From Smithellaceae bacterium (lineage in GTDB: Bacteria > Desulfobacterota > Syntrophia > Syntrophales > Smithellaceae), in NCBI GenBank assembly GCA_963667845.2, contig CAXXVL010000002.1:1280001-1344000 (forward strand): DNA of 64,000 nt, given 5' to 3'. The first letter of the stretch is position 1; every line of letters starts with the position of its first letter. Under the pieces are notes generated by a model. It was not told the DNA's origin and did no database searches. It saw nothing but the letters and a program-made list of their open reading frames with translations. Positions 1 to 8,862 of the stretch are shown piece by piece. The position numbers and the translations under genes are program-made.

Positions 1-500
1 ATCCTTCGCACTTTTGAATGCTCAGGAACTGGAACCGAAAAGTCTTCTTCGCCTTCAACAGCAATAAGCTTAAACTTGAGAACGTTCCCTCCGTTACTCT
101 GTTCTTGCCATGAATCTACTAAGTGAAAGACGCCGTTGTATGACCCTATTCCTTGCTTCAGCTTTTCGTAGACCCGGATTCTTTCAGGAGGTCTGCGACC
201 GGTCTTATGCTCCTGGGCTACAAGATGAAACTTCCCATTTTCAGTGCGGTTTCCGGATGGCGAGAATTCTGGTTGATCGATTACCTTCGGATTTTGGATC
301 TGAGGTGAACGAGGTATATCATGTCCTTCATAAACAATAGTCGAGCCATCGTCTTCAAACCTGTCAGCATAAGGCGAGCCTGGCCGAACAGACATGAGTA
401 TAACCGAATGGTTTCTGCCAAGTCCAAAGTTCATGCCGCGCTGAAGGCTCACGCCTTCTCGTCTGCACATCTCTATATATGGGATGATCTCATTTTCCAT
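1..500 (-). CDS. SRA-like domain nuclease, probably an SRA-HNH modification-dependent restriction enzyme; 5' part only, runs off the window edge
   Basis: Manual translation of the minus strand from the ATG at 500 is open to position 1: MENEIIPYIEMCRREGVSLQRGMNFGLGRNHSVILMSVRPGSPYADRFEDDGSTIVYEGHD...IRVYEKLKQGIGSYNGVFHLVDSWQEQSNGGNVLKFKL... The YxD-x(6)-(I/L)xYxG and RVxxK...YNGxFxLVDxW...FKL patterns resemble SRA/YDG domains. Absent from the supplied ORF track. Confidence 0.7.
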   Translation of the reverse strand, partial: MENEIIPYIEMCRREGVSLQRGMNFGLGRNHSVILMSVRPGSPYADRFEDDGSTIVYEGHDIPRSPQIQNPKVIDQPEFSPSGNRTENGKFHLVAQEHKTGRRPPERIRVYEKLKQGIGSYNGVFHLVDSWQEQSNGGNVLKFKLIAVEGEEDFSVPVPEHSKVRR

Positions 501-584
501 GTGACATTCCAGGCAATAATTAATATACTTATAAGGTATTTCCCCAATTAAACCAAGACACCTCCAACCTTTTCCATCTATCCC

Positions 585-642
585 GCGGCTTCGTAAAATA
601 CCCTCAAGGGCACGCGAGCTCCAAATACAAGGCGCGCAAGCC
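585..642 (-). repeat. Partial reverse copy of the ~125-nt structured intergenic repeat
   Basis: CAAGGCGCGCAAGCC (628-642) is the reverse complement of GGCTTGCGCGCCTTG in the 10087-10211 element. GCGGCTTCGTAAAA (585-598) resembles that element's end. Confidence 0.6.
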
Positions 643-644
643 AC

Positions 645-678
645 CTATTAGCCTGACAGCCTACAGTCTAATAGCCTA
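645..678. repeat. Heptamer-like tandem repeat cluster (CAGCCTA/TAGGCTG)
   Basis: cctattagcctgacagcctacagtctaatagccta; overlaps the ampG stop codon; the same unit occurs at 39901-39954 and 41573-41606. Confidence 0.75.
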
Positions 679-1968
679 TATTTTCTTCCCATACTCCGGA
701 TCGATCTTCACCAGTGCCGCCACGATAAATCCGGGGATCGTTGTTATTAATATCCAGTAATAGAAATTGATATAGCCCAGTTTTTCCTGAATCCAGCCGC
801 TCGACATGGCGGGCAGCATCATCCCGAGCGCCATGATGCCGGTGCCGATGGCGTAAAAGACGGTCTTGTATTCTCCCTGAGAAACCATGATCATATACAT
901 GGTGTAGGCCGTGAACCCGAAGCCGTAGCCGAATTGTTCAAACGCCACGGCCGATCCGATGAGCCATAGACTCTCCGGTTGGGCGTGCGACAGGTAAACG
1001 AAGATCAGATCCGGGATATGCATGATGATCACCATCGGCCACAGCCAGAATTTCAGGCCGTTGCGGTAAATAACATAACCTCCCAGCAGACCGCCCAGCA
1101 TGAGCGCTACAACGCCGACGGTGCCGTAGATCCAGCCGACCTGCGCCGTCGAAATCCCCAGGCCTCCCGCCGCTCGGGAATCGAGCAGAAACGGCGCAAC
1201 CATTTTCACCAGTTGTGCTTCGGCAAAACGGTAAAATAAAAAGAAACAAATGATGATGACAATGTTTTTTTGCCGGAAGAACAGCGTCAAAATGCGGAAG
1301 TATTCATGAACCGGGTTTTTCCCTTTTTCCAGGGGCGCGTTGTGGTCGGACGGCGGATAGGGCAGGACAAAAAAATGGTAAAGGCACAGGGCCAGGAAGA
1401 CTGCGCCGGCAACCAGAAAAGTGATCGACCAGGCGGAGGCGACCGGATAGCCATGCTGCTGCAAAACGCCCGCTCCGACAACCAGCCCGCCCTTGGACGC
1501 GATGGTGGCGACGCGGTAGAACACCGTGCGTACGCCGACGAAGGCCGCCTGTTCCGGTGTCGAAAGCCCCAGCATATAAAAGCCGTCGGCTGCGATATCG
1601 TGCGTGGCTGAAGAAAAAGCCATAATCCAGAACATCGCCAGCGTATAGCGGACGAAATCCGTTGCGGGTAGCGTCAGTGCCACTGAGGCAAACGATGCGC
1701 CGATGGCGAGCTGCATCAGAACAATCCAGAAGCGTTTCGTGCGGAACAAATCGACAAACGGGCTCCACAGCGGTTTGATGACCCAGGGAAGATAAAGCCA
1801 GCTGGTGTAGAGAGCGATTTCGGCATTGGAGAGTCCCAGGTTCTTATAGAGGACGACGCTGACGGTCATGGCGATCATATAGGGAACGCCTTCAGCAATG
1901 TAGACGGATGGCACCCAGAGCCAGGGGTTGCGGGTTTTGGCGGCTGTTTTTTCGTTAGAAGTCGACAT
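676..1968 (-). CDS. ampG: AmpG-like MFS muropeptide permease
   Basis: 12-TM-like hydrophobic pattern; LPWVIKPLWSPFVD and FSSATHDIAADG motifs typical of the AmpG family. Confidence 0.8.
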   Translation of the reverse strand: MSTSNEKTAAKTRNPWLWVPSVYIAEGVPYMIAMTVSVVLYKNLGLSNAEIALYTSWLYLPWVIKPLWSPFVDLFRTKRFWIVLMQLAIGASFASVALTLPATDFVRYTLAMFWIMAFSSATHDIAADGFYMLGLSTPEQAAFVGVRTVFYRVATIASKGGLVVGAGVLQQHGYPVASAWSITFLVAGAVFLALCLYHFFVLPYPPSDHNAPLEKGKNPVHEYFRILTLFFRQKNIVIIICFFLFYRFAEAQLVKMVAPFLLDSRAAGGLGISTAQVGWIYGTVGVVALMLGGLLGGYVIYRNGLKFWLWPMVIIMHIPDLIFVYLSHAQPESLWLIGSAVAFEQFGYGFGFTAYTMYMIMVSQGEYKTVFYAIGTGIMALGMMLPAMSSGWIQEKLGYINFYYWILITTIPGFIVAALVKIDPEYGKKI

Positions 1969-1981
1969 GAAGTTCCTTTAG

Positions 1982-2411
1982 TTAGTTCTTACACCCGTTT
2001 TTCAGTTCATCATTAATGAACCATACTTTGATTTTATAGTAATGGCAAAGCCATGTCACGTACTTCAATTTTTCCCGGTCCCCGGGTTGCTGCAGGATAA
2101 AGAAAGCGACCGCCGGCTTCTTACCGGTCTCTTTGGCATAGTGGAGGGCCTTGCCGATGGCCTCGTGAAAATTATTCGGGCTGTCCACTTCAATGGCATA
2201 ATCGCCGGTAAGCAGATCAATCCGGCCGTATTTCACGGGCACTTCCATCTGAGCCTTACCGCGGAAACAGGCGTCATTGAATGCGCGCTGATAATCCTTT
2301 TCCGTTCGCCCAGACCTGCTGCTGCGAGGCGCCGCAGGCGGCAACAAGAATGACCATAACGGACATGAATACGGCCCGGAGGGTTTTCTTTACCGGCAGG
2401 TTGAGGTTCAA
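1982..2411 (-). pseudogene. Frameshifted lipoprotein with a PD-(D/E)XK-like domain
   Basis: One frame gives a signal peptide and lipobox (VILVAAC-GASQQQVW); the other gives RTEKDYQ...GRIDLLTGDYAIEVD...FHEAIGKALHYA. Removing one base from the CCC at 2309-2311 joins them. Confidence 0.65.
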
Positions 2412-3739
2412 TACAGCTTCCTCAACGTCGCGCCCGCGAAATAGTGCGCCAAAATATCCTCGGCTCTGTCCCCCCGGACGGCCATCACCGCGGCGCCGAT
2501 CTGGCAGAGGCCGACGCCATGTCCCCACCCGCCACCCTCGATTGTAAACCGGGAAATGACACCTCCTGCCTCGCGCTCTGTAGAAATGATGAACGCACTG
2601 GAAAGCAAATGCGTATGCGAAAGCCAGCGGCGGATTTCAAGCTCCTTGCCGACAATCACCGTGCGGCGCGATCCCTCAATCTTCAGACGATAGATTCTTC
2701 CCGACGGGCCGCGCGCCAGCGGTTCAAGCGTTCTGAGCTCACCGAAATCGATGCCTGATTTCGCTTTAAGAATTGCCTCCAGCTCTTCGCGTGAATACTC
2801 CACCCGCCAGCGATAAAAATGCAGCGTCTCCAGATCAAACGCGGGCAGCATCCGTTTCAGGATGTCCCGGTCGGCTGTATTGCAGTAGGCGGGAGGCGAT
2901 GAGCCAAGCCAGCGGCCGGCGTCTTCCTCTGTAAGAATCGGTTCATGCCGTTCATCATCATCGGTGATGCTCGACAGATAGGGGAAGGAAGCATCTTCCC
3001 AGGCCGTCGCAAAAACATCCGTTTGTCCGCCGCAGCATTTGTAGTAGCGCGCGTCGCAGATCCTGTCGTCATGCGTCAAAAATATTCCGTGCGTCGTATC
3101 GATCGCTTCCCGGACGCCCTCCGAGATGATTCTGGTTATGCCCTGGTAGCGCTGGCAGTGATCATCGGCGCAGACATCAAAACCGCGATGATCGTTAACA
3201 TCCTGCCAGACCAGAACCTCATCTTTCCTTTGCTGCGGGATGAGCCGCGGGGAGGCCTTTTTGGCAAGCATGGCGACAAGCCAGCTGCGCGCCGTTATCG
3301 CCTGCGCCTTGAGAAACTCCAGGGGAGCGTCTGCCGACATTTCCGATGAGATCACCGAAGCAAGGTAGTCTTCGAGGGAAATAATATTGATGAGATTGAA
3401 AGTGGACGCGCTTTGCGGTGCAAGGAGCACTGCACCGTGAAAGGACTGTTCCTGCAGCCTCTGCCAGTGAAAATCGATGCCGATTTTTACATCGCGGACG
3501 GTAAAGATGTTTTTGCCGGACGTAACGGGCGAGAGCAGAATTTCTTTCTCGCGGAGAATCTCCCGGCCGCCGGAATCACAGAGAATCACCTGCCCGTTTG
3601 CCGCACGGGCTCGCAATTCACCGGTTACAGTGCGGCCGTAAGCCCCGGAAAAAGTGCCTTCCAACCGCAGGCATGCTTCCGGTGAATTTTGCAGCAGCGC
3701 CACTTTAATTTTTGGTTCGCTATCGATCATTTTGGTCAT
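2408..3739 (-). CDS. SpoIID/LytB-domain protein (lytic transglycosylase family)
   Basis: LEDYLASVISSEM..APLEFLKAQAITARS and GGGWGHGVGLCQIGA SpoIID motifs. Confidence 0.85.
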   Translation of the reverse strand: MTKMIDSEPKIKVALLQNSPEACLRLEGTFSGAYGRTVTGELRARAANGQVILCDSGGREILREKEILLSPVTSGKNIFTVRDVKIGIDFHWQRLQEQSFHGAVLLAPQSASTFNLINIISLEDYLASVISSEMSADAPLEFLKAQAITARSWLVAMLAKKASPRLIPQQRKDEVLVWQDVNDHRGFDVCADDHCQRYQGITRIISEGVREAIDTTHGIFLTHDDRICDARYYKCCGGQTDVFATAWEDASFPYLSSITDDDERHEPILTEEDAGRWLGSSPPAYCNTADRDILKRMLPAFDLETLHFYRWRVEYSREELEAILKAKSGIDFGELRTLEPLARGPSGRIYRLKIEGSRRTVIVGKELEIRRWLSHTHLLSSAFIISTEREAGGVISRFTIEGGGWGHGVGLCQIGAAVMAVRGDRAEDILAHYFAGATLRKLY

Positions 3740-3957
3740 CCGTGCGGTTTGAGAAGTCACTGGTTTTTTAGAAGCAATATCAGGATAAGTCAAGAAGGTT
3801 ATCGCCTCGTGCCCGGTTGGTTTTCGGGAGAGTCCTTTTCGACGCTGCCGGATTTGTGTCCTTGATCACGAAAGTATCACTAACAATGAACTTATCGCTT
3901 GAATATTAATAATTTATCATGTATAGACACAAAAAAATAGCAGCGGATATTGTACGT

Positions 3958-4878
3958 ATGGCACTTGTCTGGCCAATTGGGGGAGGGAAAGGCGGTTCCG
4001 GGAAAAGCTTCTTAACCAGTTCCTTGGGACGGCTTTCCGCGGAATTGGGCAAGAAGACCCTCATGATTGATCTCGACCTCGGCGCGGCCAATCTGCATAC
4101 ACTGGTCGGTGTTCCCTGTCCTGAGCGCGGGTTTTCCGATTTCATCCGGAAAAAAGTTTCTCACCTGGAAGAGACGGTCGTTGAAACGCCGTTTGCCAAC
4201 CTTTTTCTGATCAGCGGCGCTCAGGATAATTTCGATATCGCCAATTTACCCTACGAACAGAAAATCAAGACACTGCGCGCCATCACTAAACTGGATTATG
4301 ACCGCATCCTGATCGATCTGGGCGCCGGCACCTCTTTCAATACGCTCGATTTCTTCCTGATCTCCCAAAACGGCATTTTTATTACTACGCCGGAACCCAC
4401 GTCTATTGAAAATGTCTATCGGCTGATCCGCTCGCTTTACTTCCGCCAGATCCGTTACTGCTTCAATGCAACGGATTTCAAAACGCTGGAATTGGAAACA
4501 GACCGCTTATTCGGCGACGGGGCTGTCAATAAGCCTGAATGCATGATGAAAGCTATTGGCGCTGCCTATCCCGAGAAGTTCAGGCAACTGCATGAAGATT
4601 TCAACGCATTTCGATTCAAACTGATCATCAATCAGGTGCGCAAGCATGACAATGCGGCCCTGGGACTGCAGATTTGCAGGATGATCGAGAAGCACCTGGG
4701 ACTGCATGTCGAGTTTGCGGGGAACGTCGCGTATGACGACCACGTCCACGATGCGATTTGTCAGCAAGTTTTCTTCCTGGAGCGTTATCCTTACACCAAA
4801 ACCGCCTGTGATTTGCGCGATGTGGGCAGACAAATGGTTCAATCGGCGGGCCAGCAACTGATATTCAATTACATGTGA
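3958..4878 (+). CDS. FlhG/MinD-like ParA-family ATPase
   Basis: Deviant Walker A GGGKGGSGKS; DLDLGAANLH; IDLGAG; TPEPTSIENVY. Confidence 0.85.
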   Translation: MALVWPIGGGKGGSGKSFLTSSLGRLSAELGKKTLMIDLDLGAANLHTLVGVPCPERGFSDFIRKKVSHLEETVVETPFANLFLISGAQDNFDIANLPYEQKIKTLRAITKLDYDRILIDLGAGTSFNTLDFFLISQNGIFITTPEPTSIENVYRLIRSLYFRQIRYCFNATDFKTLELETDRLFGDGAVNKPECMMKAIGAAYPEKFRQLHEDFNAFRFKLIINQVRKHDNAALGLQICRMIEKHLGLHVEFAGNVAYDDHVHDAICQQVFFLERYPYTKTACDLRDVGRQMVQSAGQQLIFNYM

Positions 4879-4925
4879 CGAAAACTTGGAGCGCGGACCC
4901 GGAACGATCGAAGGAGTCTTTTTGA

Positions 4926-5603
4926 ATGTCTAAAAGTTTTGCCGCGATGAATTACTACGAGATGCTGGATATCAAGCCGGAGGCGACGGCGTTTGAGATT
5001 CGCCACGCTTTCAACGCCGCGCAGCAGTTATATCAACCGGGAGCGCTCGCGAGCTATTCTCTGTTTTCGGGGGATGAAAGACAGGAAATCCTTTCCCTGA
5101 TCGAAAAAGCATTCGCAACCCTGATCAATGAACAGACCAGGAAAGACTATGATGGAGAACTGGTCTTGCGGGGAGAAATCGAGGCGAAACAGGAGACAGC
5201 TGTTGCCGCCAAAAAGCCGGTGAGTATTTTCGATATCAGCCGCGGTCATGCGGTGAGGCCTGCGTCATCGAACCATGATGCATTGAAGAGCCGGATCGGC
5301 CAGAGCGCGATCATCGCCGACATCCTGGCTCGCGGAGAAATGTCCGGGGCGGACCTGAAAACCATCCGCACGGAGCTCGGTGTGATGATCGAGCAAATCG
5401 CGCAGGAGACGAAGATCCGGCACGATCATCTGCGCAGCATGGAAGAAGATCACCTTGTCCGTCTGCCGGCAACCGTTTTCCTGAAGGGGTTTATCAAATC
5501 CTATCTGAAGTGTCTGTGCCTGGAGCCGGTGGAGGAACTGAGCACCCGCTACATGAATACCGTCGCCCGTCTGTCGCAAAAAAGCCGGGACGCGCGGTGC
5601 TGA
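4926..5603 (+). CDS. DnaJ-like N-terminal domain fused to a RodZ-type HTH domain
   Basis: NYYEMLDI...EIRHAF...IEKAFATL..RKDYD (J-like, no HPD) and GADLKTIRTELG...IAQETKI...LP..VFLKGFIKSY (HTH_25-like). Confidence 0.75.
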   Translation: MSKSFAAMNYYEMLDIKPEATAFEIRHAFNAAQQLYQPGALASYSLFSGDERQEILSLIEKAFATLINEQTRKDYDGELVLRGEIEAKQETAVAAKKPVSIFDISRGHAVRPASSNHDALKSRIGQSAIIADILARGEMSGADLKTIRTELGVMIEQIAQETKIRHDHLRSMEEDHLVRLPATVFLKGFIKSYLKCLCLEPVEELSTRYMNTVARLSQKSRDARC

Positions 5604-5747
5604 TGCAAGCGCGAAATGGCCGCAAAATATTGAACCGTTATTGTCAGGCGTTTTGGCGTCCGCCGGTGAAAGAAAAACCACTCGTGCGGGCGATGTAATT
5701 TCCTTTTATTTTTGTCGACGTCGAGGGGCGTCGTGTAAGGAGGGGCA

Positions 5748-6413
5748 ATGGAAACCGATACTATTAAGACGGCGCAAGGCGACCTGGTGATCAGCTTTTT
5801 GGGTCACAGTTCATTAATGATGTCCTGGGGCGGCAAAATCATTCATTCGGACCCTGTCTCGAGTGAGGCGGATTATCCGAAGTTGCCCAAGGCGGATGTT
5901 CTGCTGATCAGCCATGATCATTATGATCACCTGGATCTGAAAGCTGTGGCCGACATTAAGAGAGCCGCAACAAAGATTGTCGGCAATGCCGATGTGGGAA
6001 AACAAGTTCAGGGAACGATCGTTATGAAAAACGGCGATACGCAAACCGTTGACGGGCTCAAGATCGAAGCCGTGCCGGCGTATAATATCAAGCATATGAT
6101 GGCACCGGGAAAACCGTTTCATCCGAAAGGCGTCGGGAACGGCTACGTTGTGACCATCGGCGACAAGCGGATCTATCTGGCCGGGGATACGGAAAACATC
6201 CCGGAGATGAGAGCGCTTAAAAATATCGATATCGCCTTCCTGCCCATGAACCTGCCCTATACCATGACTCCGGAGATGGTCGCCGACGCGGCCAAAATGT
6301 TTCAGCCCAAGATATTGTATCCCTACCACCAGGGCGAGACGGAGACGGCAAAGATTGTCTCCCTGCTCAAGAATGAAAAGGGCATCGAGGTGCGCATCCG
6401 GAAGATGAAGTAA
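5748..6413 (+). CDS. MBL-fold metallo-hydrolase
   Basis: LGHSS, ISHDHYDHLD, YLAGDT and PYH motifs. Confidence 0.85.
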   Translation: METDTIKTAQGDLVISFLGHSSLMMSWGGKIIHSDPVSSEADYPKLPKADVLLISHDHYDHLDLKAVADIKRAATKIVGNADVGKQVQGTIVMKNGDTQTVDGLKIEAVPAYNIKHMMAPGKPFHPKGVGNGYVVTIGDKRIYLAGDTENIPEMRALKNIDIAFLPMNLPYTMTPEMVADAAKMFQPKILYPYHQGETETAKIVSLLKNEKGIEVRIRKMK

Positions 6414-6618
6414 AGAGTTGGAGCGTCGGGGACTGTCTGCCCGACCGCTGCATTGAACTGCGTCGAAGCGGCATTGCGACGCGTGTCTCTCAAGGTAAGG
6501 AGCACGGCGATCGAAGCAAAAATATCATGAGTTGCCGCGGGCCGAGACGCCGGTTGCCGGAAGATGCATAATGAAAGTTACGAAACAAGGTCATTCCTAT
6601 CGTGAATGGCCTTGTTTA

Positions 6619-7041
6619 TTATAATGCCTTCGCTCTCTCCAGGAGTGCGATATCGTCCGGATCGGTGTGGTCAAGAATTATGCCGTGCGGCAGAGGCTTG
6701 CCCTGCAAATCCACGTGGACGAAACTTAAGAAACTGTCCAGACACATCTGATTGCTGACGTTGTCCTGCACGCTCACATAAGAGACCAGGCGCGTCCTTG
6801 CCGCCATGACGACTTTGCTTTCCAGACGGATGATCTGCCCGTTCCGTACAGGCTTTTTGAAAAGCAAACCGTGCACGTTGATGCAGACGATATTTTCGGG
6901 ATGCGTGAGGCTGGCGGCCGCGATGAAACCCGCTTCCACAACCCACATCGCGGTCTTCCCGGCAAATAGGGTGCCGTGATGGTTCAAATCTTCACTCTTC
7001 ACCATCCTGCAAATGCAGTGCGTCTTCAGTTTCATAGGCAT
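6619..7041 (-). CDS. Acyl-CoA thioesterase (hotdog fold)
   Basis: DLNHHGTLFAG motif and C-terminal FVHVDxxGKP. Confidence 0.8.
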   Translation of the reverse strand: MPMKLKTHCICRMVKSEDLNHHGTLFAGKTAMWVVEAGFIAAASLTHPENIVCINVHGLLFKKPVRNGQIIRLESKVVMAARTRLVSYVSVQDNVSNQMCLDSFLSFVHVDLQGKPLPHGIILDHTDPDDIALLERAKAL

Positions 7042-7266
7042 TCCTCCTTGATTTTTTCACCCGTAGAGAAGACGTGTAAATGGGGTCATCTTTACTCTTA
7101 CATTTTACTTAAATTATTTTGAATCTGACTTAATTTTCGCCTATTGCGGTTCTTTCTGCATTTTTTGCCGCAATCTTTTTCGTGCCCGTCTTACCACACT
7201 ATAATCAATACCACACAGAAGCCTTCCAATCTCCGGCTGATTTACCTTACAGAAACGATAAAGTAC

Positions 7267-8466
7267 TTACCGATGGTAAAGAATGACCAACCCTTGATTA
7301 TAATCCGCAACGGCGATATCTCTGCGGCCATCGCTATTGATATCACCGACTGCCAGACCGTGGGGATTGTAGTGAGACGCATCCGGGATATCATACAAAT
7401 TCTCAGCCTGAAGGCCGCTGGCGTTTTGTAAATAAACCCCGGCCTTCAGCCACCCGCCGTGGAGGACAATGACCTCTGCTCGGCCGTCGCCGGTCAGATC
7501 CGCAATGCGCACGGGTTCAGGGATATCGTAAGAATTGTAACTCACCACTGGTTCCAGTGTCCCCGAAGCGTTCTGGGTGAAAACGCCAATCTTTGAATTA
7601 GGCCGGTTGCCGCCATACGTTACCACAACGTCGTTTAAATGGTCGCCGTTCACGTCGCCAACGGCGACGCCGTGTGTGAGAATGTTGCCGCCAACGCTGT
7701 AGTAAGCGGGATTATCAAACGTGCCGTCGTTCTTCTGGATCAAAATGCCAAGATTCGGGACAAGCAATTGACCGCTCATGACAACAATATCCGTCAATCC
7801 GTCGTTATTGACATCGCCGACATCGAGATCGTCGTAGCCGCCATGGGTTACAGTATAGATAATGGCAGGTTCCAGTGTGCCGCCATTATTTTGCAGCCAG
7901 ACACTGGCCGTGTTCGTTCCCCATCCGATCCCGACGACATCCAGGATGCCGTCATTGTTCAAATCGGCTATCTTGATTTTATTGGAATCAGCGGACGCAT
8001 ACACGACGTCGGCGTTAAGGGCGCCCGAACCATTTTGTGAAAAAACTTCGATCCCGAATCCGGAGTAGCCGATAACGACATCGTTTCTGCCGTCATTGTT
8101 TATATCGCCGATGGCCACCGTCGACGGCCGGCGAGTATAGCTTGCGCTGGTTGCGTACTTGACGGGCGCGGCCAGTGTCCCGTCGGCATTCTGGAGAAAA
8201 ACGAATATCTTGTAATCATTAACAGGATCACCGGAATACCAGGTTGTCATAACGACGTCATTTCTTCCGTCATTGTTGACATCGCCAATCGCGATGGCTT
8301 CCGGATATGAGCCGGTGGCCACAATCGTATAATTTTGGAAAATATTTGTGTTATCTATAAAAACAAAGCCATCTCCGCCGCCACCGCAGGCACTGAATAA
8401 TGCAAAAGACGCCGAGATGATGAATATTAAAAATAACTGCTTGATTTTTACCTCATAAATCTTCAT
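7267..8466 (-). CDS. FG-GAP/VCBS repeat beta-propeller lipoprotein
   Basis: ATG at 8466 follows GGAGG; lipobox FSAC-GGGG; about 7 repeats of (I/V)(G/A)D(V/I/L)NxDGxxD(V/I)V. Confidence 0.8.
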   Translation of the reverse strand: MKIYEVKIKQLFLIFIISASFALFSACGGGGDGFVFIDNTNIFQNYTIVATGSYPEAIAIGDVNNDGRNDVVMTTWYSGDPVNDYKIFVFLQNADGTLAAPVKYATSASYTRRPSTVAIGDINNDGRNDVVIGYSGFGIEVFSQNGSGALNADVVYASADSNKIKIADLNNDGILDVVGIGWGTNTASVWLQNNGGTLEPAIIYTVTHGGYDDLDVGDVNNDGLTDIVVMSGQLLVPNLGILIQKNDGTFDNPAYYSVGGNILTHGVAVGDVNGDHLNDVVVTYGGNRPNSKIGVFTQNASGTLEPVVSYNSYDIPEPVRIADLTGDGRAEVIVLHGGWLKAGVYLQNASGLQAENLYDIPDASHYNPHGLAVGDINSDGRRDIAVADYNQGLVILYHR

Positions 8467-8862
8467 CAAGATGAACCTCCTCCAAATTAGTTGCACAAGT
8501 GCTGAAGTGTTGCCGATGCTGCTGATTAAAAATTCGAAAATCTCGAAAATGAAGATGAATAATAAAACTTTTACGACTGAATGAGATTTTCCGCAAATAT
8601 TTTTTTGCTGCTGTTTCTTCGGATCAGCGGCGAGCCCGAACATTTTCCATTTTCGGTGAAATACCGTCCGGTAACCCGAGGCAGAAATTGTGCTCTTTTT
8701 TGGATGCCGCAACTGTTCTCAACATCAGGCATTGTTTAGTACTCGTCAATGAACGCATCACCAGAACTGTTTCTGATCTCACAATTAATTGAATCCTGTT
8801 TCAAAGTGTGTTAGGTCTTTTCTATAGCGATATTTCACTGTTTTTTACGGAGCGCGGGACGG

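Noticed and set aside
110..551. Two 76-aa plus-strand ORFs
   Set aside because: Antisense shadows of the longer, motif-bearing minus-strand SRA-like frame.
8467..8712. N-terminal extension of the FG-GAP ORF given in the track
   Set aside because: The ATG at 8466 has a GGAGG RBS and directly yields a lipoprotein signal.
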